From Telmatocola sphagniphila (GTDB lineage: Bacteria; Planctomycetota; Planctomycetia; Gemmatales; Gemmataceae), in contig NZ_CP074694.1 in NCBI RefSeq assembly GCF_018398935.1, positions 3,540,001-3,572,000 on the forward strand: DNA of 32,000 bases, in the 5' to 3' direction. The position numbers and the translations under genes are program-made. The notes under the pieces are model-generated. The model saw only the letters and a list, made by a program, of their open reading frames with translations. It ran no database searches and was not told the DNA's origin. Each line of letters opens with the position of its first letter. Position 1 is the first letter of the stretch. Below, piece by piece: positions 1 through 8,195 of this stretch.

Positions 1-1202
1 TGAACATGTTTTTACTAACGTCGCCCGACCTGGATATCTTACAGGAACAGGCAGAGAAATTTCAGCAAGCTCGCTTCAGCGAATTGAATGAAGTTCCCAG
101 CTTGGTATCGCTGAAGAAGAGTTATGAAGATTTGGCGGTTTTGTTGAAACGGACAACCCCCTTCGTCGATCTTATAGATAAGGAGCTTACGGACTGGGGG
201 CTTCAATTGCGCACCTCACCCAAGTCCGAAAAAGAATACCAGCAAAAGCTGCTCGATACGTTCGCGGAATTCAAAGCTTTATTTCCCGATATCCGTAAAG
301 ACCTGGCGAAGCTGGACGAAGACCTGAAGCAAGAAACACCGGCATTGAAAGAAGTGGCCCGCAAAGAGGCCTGGGAACGCAGCCTGATTTTGATTCGTCG
401 CTTGATGGCCTCATTGGACCAGCTATCGAACATCCAGACTCGAGTTCGAATCTATAGAATCGAATTGCCCTCGTTCAAGGAAACCGAAGCGAATGCCGTT
501 GCGTTTGCCAAGGCAAATCGATTAGACTTTATGAATTTGAAAGGTCGGGTCACCGATAATTGGCGCAAGGTTCAGGTCGCTGCAAATGCCTTAAAAGGAG
601 AAGTGAATATTGTCTCCAACGTTAATCTTGCAACCGATCCGAATCACAATAATCCTTTGAATTTTGCGGCCTCCGCCAGTACCTTCAGCTTCGGCTTGCA
701 GTTCGATGCGCCGTTAAATCGTCAGGCGGAACGAAATGCGTTCCGGACCAGTTTGATCAATTATCAGGTCGCGCGTCGAAATTACATGGCCCTGAGTGAC
801 ACGATCGAACAAACGATTCGCGCGGATTTGAGAAATCTGGAAGCCCAACGTCAAAGTTTTGAGATCGGGCGGCAGCAGGTCGTGGCCGCGGCCCGACAGG
901 TGGAAGGGGCTCGACAGGATATTATCGCCGGCTCGCGGCAGGCGGCTGCCAGCGGCAATGCGGCAACGTTGAATATCTTGAATGCATTACAGGATTTGCT
1001 GGATGCCCGGAACCGGCTGGCCAGCAGTTTTTTCAATTACGAACAATTGAGGATCAAGATCCTGCTGGACATGGAAAGTTTGCAACTGGATGAACGAGGA
1101 TTTTACTCCGATGAACTCACCCGTACGCCTGGCAGCAGCCCAAATCTCGACCGAACTCGAACCCCAGCCGAGCAAATCTTCGGCGGGCCCAACAGCCCTT
1201 AA
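1..1202 (+). CDS. TolC-family outer membrane efflux protein, C-terminal ~400 aa (5' end probably outside window)
   Basis: The frame is open to the window edge. The Ala/Gln/Arg/Asn-rich helical repeats are typical of outer-membrane-factor proteins (NRLDFMNLKGRVTDNWRKVQVAANALKG; LINYQVARRNYMAL; FEIGRQQVVAAARQVE). An HlyD-type adaptor gene follows directly. Confidence 0.6.
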   Translation, partial: NMFLLTSPDLDILQEQAEKFQQARFSELNEVPSLVSLKKSYEDLAVLLKRTTPFVDLIDKELTDWGLQLRTSPKSEKEYQQKLLDTFAEFKALFPDIRKDLAKLDEDLKQETPALKEVARKEAWERSLILIRRLMASLDQLSNIQTRVRIYRIELPSFKETEANAVAFAKANRLDFMNLKGRVTDNWRKVQVAANALKGEVNIVSNVNLATDPNHNNPLNFAASASTFSFGLQFDAPLNRQAERNAFRTSLINYQVARRNYMALSDTIEQTIRADLRNLEAQRQSFEIGRQQVVAAARQVEGARQDIIAGSRQAAASGNAATLNILNALQDLLDARNRLASSFFNYEQLRIKILLDMESLQLDERGFYSDELTRTPGSSPNLDRTRTPAEQIFGGPNSP

Positions 1203-2865
1203 AAGCCTGAGCTCTAAAGTCGACTACCGCCGGAAGAAAAGTAATTCGACTTTCTACCTTCGACTTATCGCATTCCTGGTCGTTGTCGGGGGCTTCGCCT
1301 GGATCGGCCGGGACTATCTCAGCCCGAAAGCCCGTAAATCGGAAATCATCATCGCCAAAGTTCTGCGGGCGCAGCTTCCCATTGTCGTTACCGATCGCGG
1401 AGAGTTGGAGAGCGCGGAAAACATCATCGGCCGCTGCGAGGTCGAAGGGGAACGCGTCAAGATTGTGAAAATTGTCCCCGAAGGTTCCCTGGTCAAAAAA
1501 GGACAGCCGGTCGTCTGGCTCGATAGTGAACCATTCCAGAAAGATTTCGCCAAACAGGAAATTCTCTGGAAGCAGGCCGAAGGCAAAGCGAAAGCGGCCA
1601 AGGGTGACCTGGAGGTGTCAATCAACAAAGGCGAAACCGACATTGATGCCAAGGATCTGGCCTGGAAGCTGGCGAAACTCGATCTGCATAAGTATGTGGA
1701 GGGGGATCTCAAGGTTGAAGTCGATGACAAAAATGGAGCCATCGAACTTTCGCGGAAGGAGCTACGCGAAGCCGAGGATAATCTGATTCACATTCGCGTC
1801 ATGGTGGCGAAAGGCTTGAAGCAGATGGACGAATTGCGGCAGACCGAACTGCAAGTTCAAAGTAAGAAATTTTCGCTTTCAAGTAACGAAAACAAGTTAA
1901 TGGTACTCGAGAAGTTCGATAAGGAGCGCAAAGTTACTGAGCTTCAGGCCAAAGCCCGCGATGCCGAGCGCGACTTGGAGAGAACTAAAAAGAGTTCCGC
2001 CGCCAGCATCGAAAAAGCCAAGAGCGATTTGGAAGCGTCCGAAAGCACAATGAAGCTCGAAAAGGCGACGCTGGACCGCATTGAGGAACAGTTGAAAAAG
2101 ACCGTGATGAACGCCCCGGGCGATGGGATTATGGTCTATTTTCGAACTCCCTGGGGGGACGATACGCGCATTCAAGCGGGGGCGCAGCTATTCCCGCAGC
2201 AACAGATATTCACGCTCCCCGATCTGACGAAGATGCAGGTTAAAATGAAGGTGCACGAATCGGTCGTGAAGAAAATAAAACCGGGGTTATCGGCTTCCAT
2301 AACCATTGATGCCATACCGAATGTGATACTGGAAGGGAAAGTCAAAACGGTCGCGACTTTGGCTCAAAGTCAGGGTTGGCGTAATGCCAGCGTGAAAGAG
2401 TACGATACCATCATCGAAATTCCGAAACTGCCCGAGAATATTGGACTGAAACCGGGCATGTCCTCAGAAGTCAAAATCTCCATTCAGACTTTGAAAGATG
2501 TGCTGATCGTACCGGTGCAGTCGGTTTCCGAGCGAGACTCCAAACATTACGCCTTTGTAATGCATGGCCAGGATATTGAGCAGCGCGAAGTCAAAGTGGG
2601 AGAGAGCAACGAGAAGCATATCCAGATTTTGGAGGGCCTGTCGGAGAATGAAACGGTCACGCAGGATGCCCGCATCCGTTTAACGGAAGTGATCAAGAAA
2701 GCCGAGGACGAGAAGAAGAATGTCGGAGGCTCGAATTCACCTCTCGAGAAGAAGGACGAGACACCCAAAAAGGAAGAGGCTCCCAAGGCCGAAACGCCTC
2801 CGGTAGAGGCTCCGAAAACGCCGGCCGCAACTCCCGCTCCTGTGGCGGCCCCGGCCTCCAAATAA
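1090..2865 (+). CDS. HlyD-family efflux periplasmic adaptor (membrane fusion protein) with Pro/Ala/Lys-rich C-terminal tail
   Basis: It has an N-terminal TM segment (FYLRLIAFLVVVGGFAWIG) and a beta start (AQLPIVVTDRGELES). A long Lys/Glu coiled coil follows, then a C-terminal beta domain (VLIVPVQSV..REVKVGESN..IQILEGL). The start is uncertain: ATG 1090 and ATG 1111 both overlap the upstream ORF by ~90-110 nt. Confidence 0.8.
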   Translation: MNEDFTPMNSPVRLAAAQISTELEPQPSKSSAGPTALKSLSSKVDYRRKKSNSTFYLRLIAFLVVVGGFAWIGRDYLSPKARKSEIIIAKVLRAQLPIVVTDRGELESAENIIGRCEVEGERVKIVKIVPEGSLVKKGQPVVWLDSEPFQKDFAKQEILWKQAEGKAKAAKGDLEVSINKGETDIDAKDLAWKLAKLDLHKYVEGDLKVEVDDKNGAIELSRKELREAEDNLIHIRVMVAKGLKQMDELRQTELQVQSKKFSLSSNENKLMVLEKFDKERKVTELQAKARDAERDLERTKKSSAASIEKAKSDLEASESTMKLEKATLDRIEEQLKKTVMNAPGDGIMVYFRTPWGDDTRIQAGAQLFPQQQIFTLPDLTKMQVKMKVHESVVKKIKPGLSASITIDAIPNVILEGKVKTVATLAQSQGWRNASVKEYDTIIEIPKLPENIGLKPGMSSEVKISIQTLKDVLIVPVQSVSERDSKHYAFVMHGQDIEQREVKVGESNEKHIQILEGLSENETVTQDARIRLTEVIKKAEDEKKNVGGSNSPLEKKDETPKKEEAPKAETPPVEAPKTPAATPAPVAAPASK

Positions 2866-3014
2866 GTCGGGTGGAATAGTGCTCGCGGAAATTTTTCGGA
2901 CCGAACCTCTCTAGTTTGCTGGCGGTCTTGTCGATAGGTTGTGAATGGAGTAAAAATGTTACTCATAGCGGATCGCGAGGGTCTGCTGTCAACTCGTTCG
3001 TCGAGTTGCCTCCT

Positions 3015-3101
3015 GGAGAGGTGGCTGAGTGGTCTAAAGCACGGCTTTGCTAAAGCCGCGTAGGGGAAACCTTACCGCGGGTTCGAATCCCGCCCTCTCC
3101 G
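3015..3101 (+). tRNA. tRNA-Ser (anticodon GCU), class II with long variable arm
   Basis: Manual cloverleaf. The acceptor is GGAGAGG/CCTCTCC and the D stem is 3 bp. The anticodon stem is CGGCT/AGCCG with loop TTGCTAA (anticodon GCT). There is an 18-nt variable arm (stem GTAGGG/CCTTAC) and a T arm GCGGG-TTCGAAT-CCCGC. The discriminator is G and no CCA is encoded. Confidence 0.93.
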
Positions 3102-3121
3102 TTTTTTCATTTCTTTGGTTG

Positions 3122-3172
3122 ACGTAAGTCAATATCCAATAATAACTTACGTTTTTGAAGCGTCTTCAAAAA
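3122..3172 (+). terminator. Two adjacent perfect inverted repeats just 3' of the tRNA (possible tRNA terminator and/or relic att/arm site)
   Basis: ACGTAAGT (3122-3129) pairs with ACTTACGT (3145-3152) and is followed by a T5 run. TTTTTGAAG (3152-3160) pairs with CTTCAAAAA (3164-3172) across a 3-nt loop. Confidence 0.4.
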
Positions 3173-3179
3173 ATCCCGT

Positions 3180-3500
3180 TTGTGGCAGTTTTTGTGGCAT
3201 TTTTTGGCGGGAGAAATCTCTGAGGCAAGCATGTCGAATGAGTTCCGCATTGGTAAAGTTCGAGGGTATGCAGAGAATCCGTTTCAAGTGCTCAATATCG
3301 ATCGAATTCCGATCGAAGAATTTCGGCCGATTGAATTATTCAAACCGGAAGAAGAGCGAGTTTTTTTTGCAGCAGTGCGACGAATGGCAATTTCCGATTT
3401 TTCTAACGATTATGCTCACGGGTACCGGAATCTCGCGGGCGATCAGCGGGCTGAATGCGGGATGGATATTGGTCTCGGCATTCTTCGCCACCGTCGTAAG
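3180..3500 (+). pseudogene. Internal fragment of a tyrosine recombinase/integrase, frame-switching and truncated at both ends
   Basis: Frame A reads ENPFQVLNIDRIPIEEFRPIELFKPEEERVFFAAV, which resembles the end of the core-binding domain plus an LtpeE..ll motif. Frame B reads [21 protein letters not shown], which resembles the l.l.TGlRisEl.gL box I region. Frame A then resumes with [13 protein letters not shown] (resembling DiDl..g.l.v..K). No catalytic C-terminal half is present. The right edge overlaps the ISL3 remnant, so the junction is ambiguous. Confidence 0.45.
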
Positions 3501-4191
3501 CCGTGGCTCGATCTCGGCTGACAATTTCTACTTCAGGATGGGCCTTCAACCAACACGCCAGGGTTTTAGCCTCTCGATTGGGTAGTAAGTCTAGGACGCG
3601 ATGCGTTTCTAAATCCACCAGGATGGTGCCATAGTTTTGCCCGCTTCGAAAAGCGAAATCGTCCACCTCGAGAACACGGGGAGTGGCTAAAGAGTCGACT
3701 TTATCTTTGGCTCGACGTAAAAGGGTGTCTTTGCTGATCGGGACGAATAACTTCTCCTTGAGTCGAGTACCCGGCCGGCCGCCTAATGCCAAACCGGTCT
3801 GTTTCTGGAGAGCTTTTAATCGATCCGTTGTTCGAGCATGGGAAGCAAATGCATGAGGTAGCCGTTCACAGAAGATTTGCCTGGCGCAAGCGGCATTCAT
3901 GCATCGAAATTTTCGCAGTTCGATCCTGAGCAGTACTCGTCGAGCTTGCCAGGGTAAGTCCGCCAATACACGCTGATAATGGCTGTGAATGCGGTCCGAT
4001 AGTTGACCGCAGTTGGGACTTAGTGGATTGAATGGCGATTGCCAAGAATTCCGGAGTGAGAGCGAAATCGGTGACGACCAAACCGGCTTCTTGAGGAAAG
4101 AAGTCCTGCATAGTCATGATGCTGCGTCCTGTCAGAATGAATTCCTGAAGACATTCTACCCAACGCTCGTCACCAACTGGGCGACAGAGCC
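3403..4191 (-). mobile_element. ISL3-family insertion sequence remnant (transposase frameshifted and 3'-truncated; one terminal repeat retained)
   Basis: Two minus-strand ORFs, 3866-4117 and 3403-3966, carry the transposase in different frames. Restoring the frame gives [54 protein letters not shown] (ISL3 zinc finger/HTH). This continues into [59 protein letters not shown] (start of the DDE domain). Similarity stops after ~230 of the expected ~400 aa. A GGCTCTGTCGCC end sequence read inward from 4191 fits the GGCTCT-type ISL3 terminal repeat. Confidence 0.75.
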
Positions 4192-4267
4192 CCTTTTCGA
4201 CCGGCGTTTACAAATTGATCGTCTAGGCTGAGGCTGGCTCAGCGATATAGAGTCTTTCTTCTTATCT

Positions 4268-4286
4268 TTTGCGCTTTTTGCGCAAA
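4268..4286. terminator. Hairpin TTTGCGC-TTTTT-GCGCAAA downstream of the 515-aa ORF
   Basis: It has a 7-bp stem and a 5-nt loop. On the + strand it is followed by CTTTTTGTGTATTTTATT (U-rich). On the - strand, the sense of the 515-aa gene, the trailing sequence is A-rich. It is therefore a better terminator for read-in from the left than for the gene itself. Confidence 0.35.
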
Positions 4287-4302
4287 CTTTTTGTGTATTT
4301 TA

Positions 4303-5850
4303 TTAAATCGCGGTTTTGAGTTCTTTCGGGAACTCTTTGATGCGGATACGAACGGCCGCCGCCATCACCGCATTGCCTTTATCCGTCACATGATAGCGAT
4401 GCGCCCGCGGGACTTTCCGAATCAATCCATGAGCGCGCAACCTTCCCAATTGTCGCGAGACTCGTTGCGTTTGCCGACGCCGTTCAGCGGCATCCCGGGC
4501 GGGCTCGTTCAACGCTTTCAGGATGTCGTGGTTGCGAAACCCATTGATGCGATTATCGCCGCATAAGACAGCCAGGAATAGCTTCTGTTCTTCGGCGTGC
4601 ATCAAGTTCAAGCCGCGTCGCTTCCGGTTACCCAGAGAGACGGGTTGACTCAGTTGGTCGAGTTGACGCACGGTGACCGAAGGAGCGTCCACAACGGCCA
4701 AAGCCTCGAGATAGCGTCGATTCGAAGCGCGGGCGACTTCGAGGTAGCGATAGAAATTAGACACGCCTTTGTTCATGGGGCACCAGGCCATTTTTTCGAC
4801 CCCTTTGCGGATGCATCGACGGCGGACGTGGAACTCGCCTGGCTGGTTGATTACTGTTTCAATGCGGAGAATCCGTTCGAATTTGTCGTACATTTTCAGC
4901 CAATTGCCTTTCATGCGGTGCTTGACGCGTGTGCCCGGTGCCCGTTTCTTGCGGCCCAGAGTAAGAATTTCTCCGTCGAATTGAGGATAGAGCTTGCGTC
5001 CCAGGAATTTCATAAGGTCGTCGGCAGAGAACTGTTGAATCGAGTGATCGACCAGACGCGGGTAAAGAGCTTGTAAGTCTTCACGACTTCGGAACAAAAC
5101 GTCCGTGCTGTACTCGGCTTGATCGATCACCCAGTAGTATTGGCAGCGGTTCAGCCAGTCTTTTTTCAATAGCGGATTGGCCCGGCGGACCCAACGGTCG
5201 AGAATTTTGATCCAATTCAAATGGGCAAAGCGATCGGCCAGGCGTTGAGCGGCTTCGGGATTGTCGAGTTGAACGAAGGCATTATCGCTTTGAAGGAAGC
5301 CGATCTGCTTTTCGTTCATCTGGCGGGCCAGCCAGTCGTGACCGTTGACGTAGACTTGGACGCTGTAAGGAAAGAAGGTTTGGATGCGGACATGGATCAG
5401 TCCGAACTCGGGATCGAGAGAATAGAAATAGACGACGCGTTGCGGGCGAGACGTGAAGTACAATTCCGGTCGATCCTTGCCGGGACGCAGCTTGACGCCG
5501 CGACAGGTTTCCATGCAGCACAGCACGGCGACCAGTCCTTCCTTTAGACTGCGTTTGGCAATCTCCTCGCGGATGATCTGCTCTTTGGTGTGCTCCCCTT
5601 GGAGAAACCGATAAGGAGCACCGGCTTCGGCGGCGACTCGTTTGCCATGTTCCACCAGTTCTTCGGACAGACCTTCCAGGAAGGGAACGAAGTCTTTGCG
5701 ACGCATGCCCAGTCCGCTATCGCAGAGACGGTGGAGATCTCCATTCTTGAAAAAGGGAAGATATCCTTTGAAAATCACGCGGTCGTGACATTCCAGAACG
5801 GATAGAATGGAATCGGCGAACTTCTTCGTAAATGAGTTGATCGTCGGCAT
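4303..5850 (-). CDS. Uncharacterized 515-aa protein with C-terminal winged-helix-like segment; function unknown
   Basis: This is a long uninterrupted ORF with ordinary amino-acid composition. The C-terminus SRQLGRLRAHGLIRKVPRAHRYHVTDKGNAVMAAAV looks like a MarR/wHTH recognition unit. I recognise no catalytic motif. It lies between an IS remnant and a truncated gene. Confidence 0.8.
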   Translation of the reverse strand: MPTINSFTKKFADSILSVLECHDRVIFKGYLPFFKNGDLHRLCDSGLGMRRKDFVPFLEGLSEELVEHGKRVAAEAGAPYRFLQGEHTKEQIIREEIAKRSLKEGLVAVLCCMETCRGVKLRPGKDRPELYFTSRPQRVVYFYSLDPEFGLIHVRIQTFFPYSVQVYVNGHDWLARQMNEKQIGFLQSDNAFVQLDNPEAAQRLADRFAHLNWIKILDRWVRRANPLLKKDWLNRCQYYWVIDQAEYSTDVLFRSREDLQALYPRLVDHSIQQFSADDLMKFLGRKLYPQFDGEILTLGRKKRAPGTRVKHRMKGNWLKMYDKFERILRIETVINQPGEFHVRRRCIRKGVEKMAWCPMNKGVSNFYRYLEVARASNRRYLEALAVVDAPSVTVRQLDQLSQPVSLGNRKRRGLNLMHAEEQKLFLAVLCGDNRINGFRNHDILKALNEPARDAAERRRQTQRVSRQLGRLRAHGLIRKVPRAHRYHVTDKGNAVMAAAVRIRIKEFPKELKTAI

Positions 5851-5957
5851 GGCGTCGAGTCTCCAACGGTTGTGTGGTTACTTCCATTGGATAAACCGAC
5901 GCCATGTTCGTTAATACCTAGGGTTGCGGGCATTGCCCGCGTTAAGTCAATTTAACG

Positions 5958-6160
5958 TTAGTGGTATTCCACGATTTTGCCACCTTGGATTAAGGCTATG
6001 TTGCGGAGAACATCCAGGCCGGTGATGTTCTTGTATGTTTTGGATACCTTTTCCACGACCTTGGAGGCAGTTTCGTTCCAGTTTTCTTTCGACTCTCACC
6101 TACCATTTCGATCACTCGGATAGTGGCTCGAGATTTCATATTTTCTTTGATTGCCGACAT
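5958..6160 (-). pseudogene. Dodecin-family (flavin-binding) gene, frameshifted in an A-run and lacking the last beta strand
   Basis: Read in two frames it gives M(SAIKEN)MKSRATIRVIEMVGESRK / NWNETASKVVEKVSKTYKNITGLDVLRNIALIQGGKIVEYH*. This aligns with dodecins (xxYRVIEIVGTS...helix...WFEV..IRGHL.DG.V..FQV). The terminal V.MKVGFRLE strand, ~12 aa, is missing. The frame change is at the run 6082-6085. Confidence 0.65.
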
Positions 6161-6212
6161 AACTCTTAACGCCTTAATAACAGCGCACTGGCGAATAAAC
6201 ATTAGTTTCAAA

Positions 6213-7403
6213 TTAAGTTTTGAGCGAAGACATATCGATGACAAAACGATATCGAACGTCCTTTTTGACTACTCGATCGTATGCTTCGTTAATCTTTTGG
6301 ATGGGAATCACTTCCGTGTCCGCAAGGATTCCATGCTTCTCACAGAAATCCACGACTTCTTGGGTTTCGGCCAAGCCACCGATAAGCGATCCGGCGACCG
6401 AAGTTCGTTTGTGGATCAACGAACTAGCAATTAGTTCCGATGATTTCTTTTCTAGTGCACCCACGACGACCAAAGTTCGGTCTCGCTTTAACAGAGAAAT
6501 GTAAGGGTTCAGATCGTGAGATTGCGGAATGGTGTTGAGAATGAAATCGAACGTATTCTCGTGGGCTTTCATTATTTTCGCATCGAGGGAGAGAATGGCA
6601 CCATCGGCTCCGAGCCGTCGTGCGTCGAGAACTTTGCCCGGAGAAGTGGTGATGGCGAAAACGTTAGCCCCCAGCGCTTTAGCGATCTTTACTGCTACGT
6701 GGCCGAGTCCGCCAATTCCAACGATTCCTACTTTTTGACCCGGCTTTACTTTCCAATGCCACATTGGGGAATAGGTGGTGATCCCGGCACAAACCAAGGG
6801 TGCTGCGCCTTTCGGGTCCAATTTCGAGGGTATCTTGACGACGAATTTCTCCGTTACCACAACGGCGTTTGAATACCCTCCGTAAGTGGTTTTGCCAGTC
6901 CCCTTGTCGGGACTGTTGTACGTGAAGGTCGCTCCGTTCTCACAGAATTGCTCGAGGCCTTCTTCACAACTCAAGCAATGTTGGCACGAATTGACGAGAC
7001 ACCCTACTGCTACGGTGTCGCCGATTTTGAACTTTGTGATCTTTTCACCGACTTCGGTTACTTTGCCGACGATCTCGTGACCTGGAACGCAAGGATAGAC
7101 TGTACCGCCCCATTCATTCCGAGCCGTATGAATATCGGAGTGGCAGACACCGCAAAAGAGTATTTCGATCCGAACATCCGTCGGACCCACGCTCCTTCGG
7201 TAAAAATCAAAGGGAACGAGCGGTGATTTCGCCGCGCTCGCTGCGTAGCCGGAAGCCTCGGTGCCCTTAGGAGCCTCTATGGGCTCAGCTAAGGCAATTC
7301 CGCTATTCAGAAGCGGATCTGCCAGAGCGATGCCGACACTCGCCTTGATTACGGAACCGAGCAGGTCACGCCGTACGAGAGTACTTTTCGAATTCTCTGC
7401 CAT
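6213..7403 (-). CDS. Zn-dependent NAD(P) alcohol dehydrogenase, cinnamyl-alcohol-dehydrogenase/YahK-like, with a ~55-aa N-terminal Tat-like signal extension
   Basis: It carries GVCHSDIH and PGHEIVG, the structural-Zn Cys cluster C..C..C......C, and the Rossmann motif GIVGIGGLGH. I prefer the ATG at 7403, giving MAENSKSTLVRRDLLGSVIKASVGIALA...ALAEP. The ORF track starts at 7484. Confidence 0.9.
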   Translation of the reverse strand: MAENSKSTLVRRDLLGSVIKASVGIALADPLLNSGIALAEPIEAPKGTEASGYAASAAKSPLVPFDFYRRSVGPTDVRIEILFCGVCHSDIHTARNEWGGTVYPCVPGHEIVGKVTEVGEKITKFKIGDTVAVGCLVNSCQHCLSCEEGLEQFCENGATFTYNSPDKGTGKTTYGGYSNAVVVTEKFVVKIPSKLDPKGAAPLVCAGITTYSPMWHWKVKPGQKVGIVGIGGLGHVAVKIAKALGANVFAITTSPGKVLDARRLGADGAILSLDAKIMKAHENTFDFILNTIPQSHDLNPYISLLKRDRTLVVVGALEKKSSELIASSLIHKRTSVAGSLIGGLAETQEVVDFCEKHGILADTEVIPIQKINEAYDRVVKKDVRYRFVIDMSSLKT

Positions 7404-7560
7404 GTCTTCTGTCTCAGTTCGGGATAGCGAACGGTTTTCCGGTATTGTGGCTATAAGCCATCTACCCGGACAACGCCGTTCCAAATTTTGGACTCAATCC
7501 GACGATAATCTCGCCGGACAGTTCTTGTCGAAAAATAGCGGCCTGATTGGACCACTATGC

Positions 7561-7834
7561 TTAGGTGACTGCGATTTCGTCGAGTACCGAATTTACGCCG
7601 GAAGCATTCCAGGCGACGATTCCGGCGTGGTCCTTTTCGGAATAAGAGCTAACGCTTCCTGAAAGAGTAACAGTGGTACCATTGGAAGCCACTTTCACCT
7701 TTCCGCCATCAATTTCTGCATTTCGCACGAAGGCCTTCTCGAGGGAGTCCTTAATGCCATTCGGCTGCCTTAGCGCATTGTTCCCAAGTGATCTCATCCA
7801 TGACGTCTTTTTGCAATTGTGCGTCTGTTTTCAT
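7561..7834 (-). pseudogene. BON-domain protein split over two overlapping frames
   Basis: The ATG at 7834 gives MKTDAQLQKDVMDEITWEQCAKAAEWH*, a typical BON-protein N-terminus. The overlapping frame gives IKDSLEKAFVRNAEIDGGKVKVASNGTTVTLSGSVSSYSEKDHAGIVAWNASGVNSVLDEIAVT (BON domain). Alternatively, the 78-aa ORF from ATG 7797 is an intact short gene. Confidence 0.55.
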
Positions 7835-8195
7835 AGTGCCTTCCAGCCTTTAACGCTGGGAAGATCCATTCGGATTACAAATCCGGTCATGCTGCTACAA
7901 GAGTAGTATCCGAAATCATTTTTTTTAACCAGACAGGTTATCGAGTGAAATTTGTGGGGGGATTACAGCAAATTAGTCGTCAGGAGAATTAAAGTTATAG
8001 ATATAAATTCTAACCTCGGATAACAGCTATCGACAACACTCCGGCCGTTGGCTCGCGGTTTGTAGACCGTTATGAAAACGGGGAAAATACAGGGGTTTCT
8101 GATTGCGGGTTGATTGGTCGAGGATAACCGCAGTCGACCAAAGAGAAGTGATGTGTCGGACTCGGGCGAAGAGTAGCCGGCGAGTTAGCGTCGTT

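Noticed and set aside
3115-3585. 156-aa and 113-aa + strand ORFs as intact genes
   Set aside because: Their recombinase-like segments alternate between the two frames, and the right part overlaps ISL3-derived sequence. They are better explained as a recombinase fragment than as two real genes.
4291-5805. Several 70-160-aa + strand ORFs
   Set aside because: All are antisense shadows of the 515-aa minus-strand ORF.
5921-5945. Possible duplicated tRNA-Ser 3' end (distal att site): GGGTTGCGGGCATTGCCCGCG versus GGGTTCGAATCCCGCC
   Set aside because: Only GGGTT and CCCGC are shared, which is too little to call a direct repeat. The segment is better described as a GCGGG-CATTG-CCCGC hairpin (+ strand; CAATG loop on the - strand) in the 5' region of the 515-aa gene.
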